DNA of 64,000 bases, taken from Lytechinus pictus (Eukaryota). Below are positions 53,601 to 64,000 of the stretch, in pieces. Each line of letters opens with the position of its first letter. Within the stretch, counting starts at the first letter, position 1. Below the pieces are notes generated by a model. It did not search any database and was not told where the DNA came from. It worked only from the letters and a program-made list of their open reading frames with translations. The translations under genes were made by a program, and so were the position numbers. The DNA lies in the NCBI RefSeq assembly GCF_037042905.1, contig NC_087249.1, positions 8,930,001 to 8,994,000 on the forward strand, in the 5' to 3' direction.

Positions 53601-55204
53601 GTCGTTTTATTTGCTACTAATTTACGTTGCCAAAATATAAATTCATCAAAATCCCATGGTCTGTAAGTCTACAAAGTTCATTATGAGGCATACATGTAGC
53701 ATATTCAAATGTACAGACCACAGACGGAATGGACATTCACGAGTTCGACACAGTTTGACAGTACGATCATGCACTTATGATATTCCCCCAATGTTATGCA
53801 CAAGCGATACACCCTTTCACAGTACAGGCAATAAGCAACGCACATGCATCGATATCGCACACACCGAGCGGAGACACAGAAAAAACCCAAAACAAACTAA
53901 CTTCGCCCCATAGAAATGTATACATCTCTATGCTTCGCCCACAGATCACGCAAGAAGCGAAATTCCCCGTGGTATAGGGTAAGCTCCGCCTACTTTCTTG
54001 CATACATCACAAGGTGGCGCTATATAATATCGATTTAAATTGGAAACGGAATCATGAATCAACCGTCGAGAAGTGCATTTTTCTCTTCAAACATTGCCTC
54101 AGATTTTCAGTTTTTAAAAACACTTCCCGAACATGTTATGATTCCAAACTTTCACATGGGTATTTTTGAGCTGTTAGTCAAATGTTCATACCATTTTCAA
54201 AAAGCAATATGATAATTTTTTAAATTGCTCACAAAGTGAAACAATCCCTTTAATGGGCAAAATAAAATTAGCTTGACTTTTATTAATATGTACATACATG
54301 TATCTATATATGTAGTCAAAAGTCATAATGTTCTTAAATGACACATGTAATGTAACTAACAATTGAATCTTTTACTTGTTTTTTTTCAACAAATGTTGGT
54401 TTACAGCTGTAGGTCCTTTTTTTAAATCAAATTTCATTTTTTTTCTGTCAAAGTTTTTCCCTGAATGCACAGGTAAAATTATTATATTTTTTATATCAAG
54501 GTGCAAAAGTGCTAAATAACACTCACCTCCCCTCATCTGGCATGACTCATATTAACATGCATTCATCAACAATTGATAGATTAAACAATCTGTATCATTA
54601 TCCTAAAAGATACAATACTTATCTATCGTGACAGGGGAACAGTAGCAGCGGGGAACCCGTGGATTAATTTATTAGCGAAGGGGTTGTTATCATTCCAGTT
54701 GAAAGCAACTGAGCTCACAACTAGTTCATTCTTGGCATACCAGTTATCGTCACATCACGTCACCATAGCAACCGTCTATTACCCTTTACTGGTGAGCCCC
54801 CCCCCCCATCTAGTGGGTTAAATTATGCACAGGGGGACGAGTTGCTATTTTTGTTAGTTCTGTAGTACTTGGAAGGCAAGGAGCGTAGTGGAAATTTACA
54901 GTCTTTATTTTTTTGCCTGTGTGCGATGTTCTTCCATGGATGCAATCTTGCAAATAGAGATTTTATTGAGCAGTTGTTAATGTAAGCGCTAGTTTTTATT
55001 AATAAAATGGAGACTCTGTATGCTGTACTTGTGAACTAGGATGGTGCTAAACTGTATAATTTCAGATGAAATATGATGACGATGATGATGATAATGATGA
55101 TGATAATGATGATGGTCTTTACTATGATGATGATGGTGATTATGATGATGTTGATGATGATGGTGGTGATGGTGATGCTATTGATGATGATGATAATAAT
55201 GGTA

Positions 55205-55476
55205 TACATTTACCCAGGGTAACTACTTGACTTCAGTTAAAAAAAAAGTTCTCGCAGTGGACCCTGCCATTATTATTACCCAGGCTTTAGATGGGCTGCC
55301 TCGGATTTTAAGCATTCAAGGAATTTCTTCCTACCGGGTACCCATTCACCTCACCTGGGTTGAGTGCAGCACAATGTGGGTAAATTTCTGGCTGAAGGAA
55401 AACACGCCATGGCTTGGAATCAAACCCACGTCCTTCAAATTGAAAGATAAGATTTATATAACCATTAGACCATGCC
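55205..55476 (-). mobile_element. tRNA-derived SINE inserted in a (GAT)n tract
   Basis: A box TGGTCTAATGG, B box GGTTTGATTCC, core CACTCAACCCAGGTG...AATGGGTACC; (GAT)n at 55070-55200 and 55480-55550. Confidence 0.75.
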
Positions 55477-56474
55477 CACATGATGGTGATGATGATAGTG
55501 ATGATTATTGGTGATGATGGTGGTGACGATGGTGATGATGATGATGATTGGATTGCTCTTTTTCCAGAGGATACAAAGCACTGTGTGCAGCATAAATATT
55601 GAAAAGAAAAAAGGCTATATGACTTTATTACTTTCATTAGTAATCTATTAGACAGTATTTCTAGTTGAATTCATCATTCAAATATTGATATTAAGAAAAT
55701 CAAATAAAATTGCCAACAAAGAATTTGTATACATTTGCAAATAGAATTCATATGCCAACTCATTATCATACAAAATTAATAATTGTTCAGTATTATGTAC
55801 TTGTAGTTACATAACATTTGTACATGTACAGTAGGTCCTTTATATGAAAAACCAAATTTAGGGCAAATTTCATATGCTTATTTGTATGATTAATTACAAA
55901 TATAAACAAATAATTTTTGTCATGTAAATTTGATGCAGAAGTACATGAAACTGCTGATACACTTTATAATTGCTTGTAAAATCAAACGCACACAAATATG
56001 CGGAATTCTACACAGTCGGCTTTGGTGAGTGGCTGTAAATCATGTGTAAAAGAAAACATAAAGTTCAACAAATCAGAATTCACACCTTTGATCCCGTTAT
56101 CTTGAACTTGAAAAAATAAGCAAATAAGCTAAAACCATGTAATATTACAGTTGTAAGTAGTTTTATTATAATTCTTGATTGACCATGCAGTGTTCCAAAC
56201 CTGTATATGGGGTTTGTTGGAACACTTGAGATGGTCTTGTTCAAGGTTGATTTTTTTCAGTAACCATCAATGATGCATATTATTATGATCAGTACCATGA
56301 AATGGATATATTATCCTACATGAAGGTGTAGGGAGTGTTTAATGTCGCTTATCAAAATTAAAAAGCAACATGAATCATGATTGAAAACTCAATTACAAAA
56401 TACAGACTACAAACACGATCAGCGGTGCACTGTCCAGTGGCGAAAATATAAAGCTGATTATTCGTCAATTGTCT

Positions 56475-57090
56475 TTAAAGGTCAAGTCCATCCTATAAAA
56501 ATGTTGAATTGAATCATTAGAGAAAAATCAGACAAGCATAACGCTGAAAATTTCAACAAAATCGGATGTAAAATAAGAAAGTTATGACATTTCAAAGTTT
56601 CGCTTATTTTTCACAAAACAGTTATATGCATAGCTCAATGACATGCAAATGAGAGAGTCAATGATGTCCCTCACTCACTATTTCTTTTGTGTTTTATTGT
56701 TTGAAACACAGAATATTTTAATTTTTACAGATTTGACAACAAGGACCAACTTGATTGAACCATAAAATGTTAAGGCGATGGTAATTCCACGCGTTCAGGG
56801 AGGAATGAAACTTTGTTTCAAGGACAATGAGGAGAAAATGGGAATAAATCATATTTCACATAATGAAATACAAAAGAAATAGTGAGTGAGTGATGTCATC
56901 AGTCCCCTCATTTGCATACCGAACAGGATGTGCATATACCGTAACTGTTTTATGAAATTAATTGAAACTTCAAAATGTCATAACTTTCTTATTTTACAAC
57001 CGATTTTGATGAAATTTTCAGTGTTATACTCGTTGGATTTTTCTCTTTTTATTGAAGTCAACTCTTTGTTGGGGTGGACTTGTCCTTTAA
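56475..57090. mobile_element. TTAA-flanked MITE (Kolobok/T2-like), copy 2
   Basis: TTAA|AGGTCAAGTCCA ... TGGACTTGTCCT|TTAA; same family and orientation as 22820-23400. Confidence 0.9.
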
Positions 57091-57942
57091 ATTTTCTGCT
57101 TTTGTTATTGACCCATCACAGGAAAGGTCTATTCTGGCACCTGCTTGTGTAGGCTTCCACGCCAAGAGCAAATTTAAAGACGTTTCAAAACTCAAATCAT
57201 GTTCAATGTCACATTCGAGATGCTGAAGGTTGTAAAATCTGAGCTGATTGCGTTTATAAACTTATCTTTTTCGACGTTTAAATTTTCCTCCGAATCCCAT
57301 GATTCGAAAGACGTTTACTTTTACGACCGGGCATGGAGGACATTGAACACACCCTTTGTTTCTTTTTATATATGATGTTTTGTAATCACGTTTTCAATCA
57401 TGATTCATGTTGCCATTTAGATTTGGAAACCACCATTGAACACACCCATAATCATGCAGTGATGGTGAAGGGATTACATGGTGGTTGTGAGCATTGGAAA
57501 GAGTCTTAATCACACCAGTGAATTACTTTCTAATTCAGTTGTAAAGCTCTGCGATCAGGGTACAATCCTATCCAAATGCACTGAAATTGTAATTTGTTCT
57601 CGTATATGAATCCTGTGTTGCTTTCACTATTCATTTTGCTCCATACTGTAGCTTGCTTGCTAAAATAAAGAAATGGTACATGTAGAACTATTCTTTGCAT
57701 CATCTTAAAGACACAAAAGTAATATATGTATTTAGATCTTTATTGGACATTCATTAGGTAGTATAAAATGTATCATATTTGAAGTCATTTACATGTATAT
57801 ATGTATTTTTGTGACTGTGGTTGGATTTTGTCACAATATTCCTTTATTTACTGACATAACATTTGCAAATGAACATTGATATCGTGTGTTTGTTTAAACA
57901 ATAAAAAATACATGTATGTCTGTGGATTGTTCGACTGTGTTT

Positions 57943-58405
57943 GAGGCCGTTCTCATTACGCTTTCTAAAACTAGTTTACTGGAAACTGATTCAGGAAACC
58001 ACTTTGGAAGATCGCTTTGCTAGCGTTCCCACTTGATCACAAGAAAGTGGTTTTCAAAATCACTTCACGTAAAGCGCTCTTGTTGCTATGGAAACGCTCT
58101 CAGTGGGGTGACACGTTTCGCGCGAAATTCAAACCGCAGCATAGGCATTCTACACCTGTCGTGTGGAGTAGCGCGCTCAAAATGTGCGAAGATCGCTTCC
58201 CGAAGAACGGTTGTGTCCTCACTTACGCTAAAACCAGTTTAACGAGGCAAAGCGATCTTGAAAACTACATCGCGAGGTGGTTTTCCAAACTGGTTTGGAA
58301 GATCGCTTCCAAGACCGCTTTGACCGTTCTCACTACGCGTTAAACTAGTTTCCACTAAACTAGTTTCCAGTAAACTAGTTTAAGGAACGTAGTGAGAACA
58401 GCCTC
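57943..58405. mobile_element. CpG-rich palindromic MITE just upstream of the ASH1L-like exon
   Basis: GAGGCCGTTCTCATTACG...AAACTAGTTTACTGGAAACT / AGTTTCCAGTAAACTAGTTT...CGTAGTGAGAACAGCCTC; internal GAAGATCGCTT repeats. Confidence 0.88.
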
Positions 58406-58627
58406 TTTGACCCATTGATAGAGTCTAGTAAACTGATTCCAATATATTTTATGTACAGTGTTATAGTGTATGCAGGTTCTATGAAGGGAGACATGTGGTG
58501 TATTCATTTTCATTCATTTATTGTTACCGTTAATGATGTTATGAAAGCAAGATATGTTTTTACACATTGATGTGAGTTGAAACCTGAGATTTTAATAGCT
58601 TTTCCATTTTCTTTTTTGCCTGCACAG

Positions 58628-58839
58628 TCGAGGTACATCTCATCATCATCTTTTCATACCCAATGCCATGGAAGTGTCCTTTGCTTTGACTGAAGTATTG
58701 AACAGTAATATTTCCCATACCATGGCCGGCAAGGTGCTGGCAGAAAGACTCTGGAGGATTTAATTTCTCTTCAGGAACAGCAAGAAAGAGAAGGGGTCGG
58801 CTTTGCTGAACTCTGCATTGACCTGGTGCTATTATCATA
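58628..58839 (+). promoter_or_regulatory. Spliced 5' UTR portion of the ASH1L-like exon with uORFs (58663-58689, 8 aa; 58668-58763, 31 aa)
   Basis: ATGs at 58663, 58668 (GCCATGG) and 58722 (ACCATGG); stops at 58687-58689 and 58761-58763. Confidence 0.65.
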
Positions 58840-59415
58840 ATGGAACACGGCACAAGTCAGGCTCCAACGGAGGGTCAGTTGACTAGCAAGCCGGCATCTT
58901 CGTTGTCATTCACGGGAGAAACTGGGACTATTATGTTAAAGGAGGTTAATACCAGGGAGAGCCTACATCTGCATGACCAGGAGGAGAGTGTCAATAAAGG
59001 TGACAGAGGAAAAAACAAAATGGCTACCCGGGAGCCTGCCTCTGCTTGCCGTGGTAAGGAGGAGAGAGCGGCAGGCAGTGAGGAGGAACGGCAGCATCTT
59101 GTTATGGTCCATCCAGCGGGGGAGAATGGGGATGGGAGCATAATCAAGATGGCCGCCAAAACAAACATGGCAGCGTGCTTGGAGCCTACTACAGGGGAGG
59201 AGGAGGAGGCTGGGAAGAGGACTGGGGAGGACTTTCCCAAGCAGTTTCGAGTGCAGGAGACCAACTTCAGCGAGGGGCAGCTGAAATTGACGCTGAAAAC
59301 AATGAAGAAAGGCAAAGGGGCAAAGAATAAGAAATTGAAAGGGGTCGCAGCGGGAAGTAAAGCAACCTTGAAGACTAAGAAGGGGAAAGGGACTAGCAAG
59401 AAAATGGCGAAAAAG
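58840..59415 (+). CDS. ASH1L: Histone-lysine N-methyltransferase ASH1L/Ash1-like, first coding exon (192 codons; gene continues beyond the window)
   Basis: KQFRVQETNFSEGQLKLTL resembles the vertebrate ASH1L N-terminal motif QQFSVKETNFSEGNLKLKI (recalled, not searched), followed by a Lys-rich stretch. Acceptor ttttcttttttgcctgcacag ends at 58627; donor AAG|GTAAGA at 59415/59416, phase 0. Confidence 0.78.
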
Positions 59416-60463
59416 GTAAGACATGTAGCCTGTATGTACATGTACGTGTAATTCATTCATGAAGGTGTAATTTTGTAGATCATATATGATTATTGCTGTT
59501 GCCTTTGTTTTCCCCTAACACAGCCTTCATACAAATGTATGAATATACATGGAAGCACGTACATGTAAGGATTGAAATCACTGCTTTAAAATAAGTATTT
59601 ATTCATCTTTTCTGTTAAAAACAATTAAGAATACCAATGAAATGATACATGTGAAATTAACAAATAAAAACAGGAGGATAACTCTACTCCTTAGCATCAA
59701 GTGTGGTGCTGCATGTCTATCGAGGGCTGCTTCATTCACAAAAACTCTATATCAAATTTGGAGAAAGATAAACTGTGTTGTGTCTTGTCTTTCTTTGGTC
59801 GAGTTGGCATATATGTATTCTGCCAACTTTGTTGAAATGAGGTCAGCGAGCAAGCAGGTTTTAGTTACGGGGCTTTTGGATAATTTTTGTTTTAAAAGTC
59901 AAGTGTCCAATGACTTTCTTAGCATTTTGTCAACATACAGTTTTATTCCACTCCTTGATTGCGCAAGGGAATGAGTGTCTCCTGTGGTGAGTTGTCACTG
60001 AAGTCTTATGCTGTTCCCTCTTGTTTGTCAGCTGCGGGGGAAAAAATTACACGGGGGCTTGGGGTGAAATTGCCCCCAAGATGCTCAAAAGAGCCCTGGA
60101 AAAGCTCCATTCACTGTAAATAATTTATTAAAGCTTATCCATTGTTGCAGTGTTTAATAGGCAGTAAGTCGTGAAAAGTCAAAAATTAAAAATGATTTTT
60201 TTTTTGTCTGGTCGGATGAATCAAGGTTTTATAATAATAATCCGCTTTTTTATATAGCACTACATCGGAACGGCTTGTCTAAGCACTTTACAGATATATT
60301 ATTAGATTTTACGGGTATTATGTTATTTGGAGCATCAGACAATGTCTATTCATGAGATACTAAGTTTTTGTAGACCACCTTGTACATGTAGGTTATTAAT
60401 TATTTACTCCATCAAGAGAAATTGTATCAAATTTCTGACTGTTTTTGTGTGTTCTATCTTTAT

Positions 60464-60647
60464 CAGGGGTGTGAGAGTTCAGATTTTTATCTGATTTCAG
60501 ATTTTCTTGTTTTGATTTTCAGCTTAATTTCAGCTTATTTTTGGCCTTCCTCTGTACAGAAAGTATGGGAGCTCTTTCTATTTCAGACTTTTTCAACACT
60601 CTTCAGCTTTTTTCAGATCTTTTTATTTGTGACCACTGACACCCCTG
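60464..60647. mobile_element. Short MITE with 6-bp TSD
   Basis: CTTTAT|CAGGGGTGT ... ACACCCCTG|CTTTAT; internal TTCAG repeats. Confidence 0.75.
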
Positions 60648-62689
60648 CTTTATGCATCATGGCCCAGATAATAAGTCTCCAGATTTTGAAACAGAGTTTC
60701 ATGGGTTCAATCTCTCCTGAACATTTAACATTTGATTTTTTTTACCCCCCCCCCCTGCAATGATATGATCATACTCAGTACAACAATAATTAAAACATCA
60801 GCAGAACTTAATGAACTATAAACCACTGCCTGCTCTCTCTCTCATGCAGCACAATATTTAAGTAATGAATATCTTCTTTTACTTAGATGTCGTTCATACC
60901 ATCTCATCGGGATTATGTTTTGAGCTCAAATGAGTAGGTGTGTTTTTAATTAGCATAAATTTGTTGATAGTCTGCCAGCATAAATACATGCACAACTACA
61001 AGAAAGATATGTAAATTGTGATTTCATTTCCTTCTAGCAATTTTTCATAGCCTCCATGTGCACTTCAAATATAATTGCAAACTTACAGTACATGTAGGTA
61101 TATTTTCAACCTCAACAAAGAAAATGAAAATTATGACAATATGTTGGAAATGACCTTTGAATGATTGTAAATGTACATGTAAGTCCTTTTTTTTGTTGCT
61201 AACTTGAATTGTAAATGTAAAATTGTAAAAATTGTAAAATTGTAAAAATGTGCTTGAAATTTTCACTTCCACTTTTTTCCTCGCTCCTCTAATGTTTGCA
61301 AATTTTACATCAGCGTGTGATGATCAATTCTATTCAGCATCAGAGCATTTTTTTATTAAAAAAACCCAAGAGAACGTATGTATTGTACATGTCGTATGCA
61401 TATAGTAAAAATCATTTGCATTTGATCCCTGTAGTTGAACATTGATATGTTCATTTTGATGACCACATTTCAGTTCTAATAAAACATATAATTGAATTTT
61501 TTTCCCACCATGATCTGCATAATGTACATGTAGATTGAAAATTTATTACATCATAAGAAAGTGCACACTTTTGCACTTCACATTCTAGTAGTTCAGAAAG
61601 TTTGAAAGCTGTTTAAAATTTAACCAAATCAGGGGCTTCAGAATAGTTTTGAAAGTGGTGGTGGGGGGGGGGGGTGACTATGTAGAAAATTAATGACAAT
61701 CACTTTGTACACCTTTAATGAAAAAAAAAGTGGCAAGGCGAACTGAAGCCCCCAGCCTCTCTCCTCTGATTCCACAGCTCTTGTAAATTACCAACAGCTT
61801 GTGTCACAGTTGAATTGTTCATAATTTATGCATAACTGGTGATTGGATCGTTGGTGCCAAATCTCCAGATTCTTAACCATTTTGAGTCCCATCGAAGATT
61901 TTCAATCTATTTTTTTAAATAAGTCCCTCATCATTCATTAGGGAATATCTGTCCATATAAGTTTATAGAGTATAAAGGCTGCCCTCTACTGTTACAATTG
62001 CAAAAGGGTAAATTTTGTCCCTGTGTGATAATGTACTACTACTGTATTTAAAAATATGCTGATTTTGATTCAGATTACATGAAGGTCTTCCTGATAAAAT
62101 CTTTTTGAGAGTTATGGAGCATTGCAAGAAACTAAGAATCGTTTGCAAGTCAATTTGGGTTGGAAAAAACAATCATAAGTCTGGCAATCAATTTGCAAAT
62201 TTGCACTTGGTTAATGGTCTACTTCTTCTGACATCAATATTAAAGTAAAAATAAATTTGTTCAAGTTACAATTGATGTACCAATTGTAAATTTGCGTAGA
62301 ATAATTGCAAGTGATTGCAAATGATTTCTTGCAACACCCCATGTTTTGATGATTAAGTTTGGTGATCGTTCTAGGGTTAGAGTTGTTGAAATTTCCAGTT
62401 TTCTAGTTATTAGGGCTAAACCTCATTTAGCTTGGTATTGTTGGCTCTGTTCAGCCTACCTTGAATGATTGATAATCGTCCCTTCCCAGGGTTTCTTCCA
62501 TGCTTGACGGAGAAGATGGATGTTGAATAACCCAAAGGTTTGTTTTAGATGCATCATTAAGCATTTCATGATTCCTTGTCTTGAAGGAATTAAAAGACTG
62601 AGAAACTGGTAATTGATAGAACTGGTAGGTGGTATACTGAAAGTCATGGATGTGTAGATTCTGTAATATACACCAGAAAAATTTAATTA

Positions 62690-62935
62690 ATAATAATAAT
62701 AATGATGTGACTTATAAAGAACCAAATCCACTCTGTAGAGTGCTCAAGGCGCATAGAGAGCTAAGAGTTTAAATAAAAAAGTTTTTAGAAGATTTTAGAA
62801 AGTTTCGACAGAGGTACATTTTTTTATGTCTTCAGGAAGGCTATTCCACAAAGTGGGGCATGCAAAAGCAAATGATCTTTACCCCCCCCCAAGTTTTGAA
62901 ACTTTTGGAATAACAAGGAAGCCAGAAGTGGATGA
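62690..62935 (-). mobile_element. L2/CR1-group LINE 3' end
   Basis: Minus strand reads RSFAFACPTLWNSLPEDIKKCTSVETF*NLLKTFLF, followed by a (TTA)n tail. Confidence 0.75.
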
Positions 62936-64000
62936 GTGCAAAGTAAAGTAGACCCAGTTGCAGCAAACAATTATTTCATGAGAAAGTCTGTAAAATCAAG
63001 GTTACTTGTCACCATATTTTCATAGATCTAGGTCTGATACCTTAAACATAAACTTAGCTGTGTGAAACCATGAAATCTCAGCTGAAAACCAATATAATTA
63101 TAATGATCACTAACACAAAAAGGCATAAGTGGGACAGTGTATTAATATTGCTTGGAAACATACCTGACATTTTATCGTATTTTGTGCTCATTTCTCAGCA
63201 ATTATACATTTTCTTCCAGAACCATTTGGCACATATTTTTTTTCTCAGATATGCAAACACAGGTGTGGTCATTATTAATATTAGATTCTGTTTAAACACA
63301 TTTTCAGTTCATACCGGCATTTATCTTTAAAGATGTGTCAACATTTCTAATCCTTCTCACTGTTGAAGTTGGTAATCGGGGCTCTCAGTGATGGCGCTTT
63401 TTTGACGAGGCTATTGTGTTAGAAGTGGAAATAAATGCATACATTTGAATGGATACTAGTACATGTATGAAATATATCAAATAAAATGGCATATTAAATG
63501 AATTAGGCATTTTTTAAACCAACAATTCTGAGGTTCATATATGTATCATCAACCTGATAGGTTGATCTAAATAAAAAAAAAATTAAGAGAGCGAACTTTG
63601 TTCAAATTGTTGGAGCTAGACTAGAGATAATTTTTCCTACTGAATTTCTATTCATAATGGGGAAGACCATGCCTCTTTCGAGAGATAATGATGATCAGTT
63701 GTTATTGATGGCAATGTATCTGAGTGAAGCAGTAATCCGTTGCGTCAGAGCGCCATCGTTTGGCAGCCTGTGGGTAGGTAGGAAGACGGGGTCTGACCCC
63801 ATGTTCCACCTCTGGTCACATCTGCAGCTTGCCATACTCTCAAAGCGGGAGTCGTAAAACTATGTTTTCTTCCTGAGATGAGTGGGAAGTAGCATCTCCA
63901 CAAACTGCTTACACAGGGAATTGCATGGCAGTAGAAGAACACGGAATAGCTTCCAGATCAACTTGAATTTGATACTTGCTGTATCACACGGATGCAGACG

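Noticed and set aside
53656..53913. THAP-like start MRHTCSIFKC inside the 8.1-kb TIR interval
   Set aside because: I could not place the later THAP residues (P, W, CxxHF); a CxxxxC spacing alone is weak.
58875..59460. Antisense ORFs of 193 and 165 aa; likewise 31041-31814 on the + strand
   Set aside because: Shadows of real coding exons on the opposite strand.

Overview
AT-rich, intron-containing animal genomic DNA. The repeat families and composition suggest a marine invertebrate deuterostome, probably a sea urchin (inference). Two protein-coding genes are supported, transcribed divergently. (1) A minus-strand, three-exon gene (34904-34898, 31752-30989, 29443-29267) for a ~315-aa protein with ten 23-residue LRRs and a D/E-rich tail; the ORF track misses two of its exons. 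(2) A plus-strand exon (58628-59415) whose product carries the motif QFRVQETNFSEGQLKL, which I recognise as the N-terminal signature of the histone methyltransferase ASH1L/Ash1; it is preceded by uORFs and continues beyond the window. A third transcription unit may start near 5.4 kb and run left. The rest is dense in non-autonomous DNA transposons (TTAA/Kolobok-type, CWG/Harbinger-type, TA/Tc1-type, 8- and 9-bp TSD families), LINE 3' ends, two tRNA-derived SINEs and microsatellites, including a 1-kb pure pyrimidine array between the two genes. The most unusual structures are a chain of four palindromic MITEs joined through CAG junctions and an 8.1-kb CpG-rich segment bounded by matching TTAA-flanked inverted repeats. 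I found no CRISPR array, rRNA, functional tRNA or intact transposase, and I cannot claim a new biological system.
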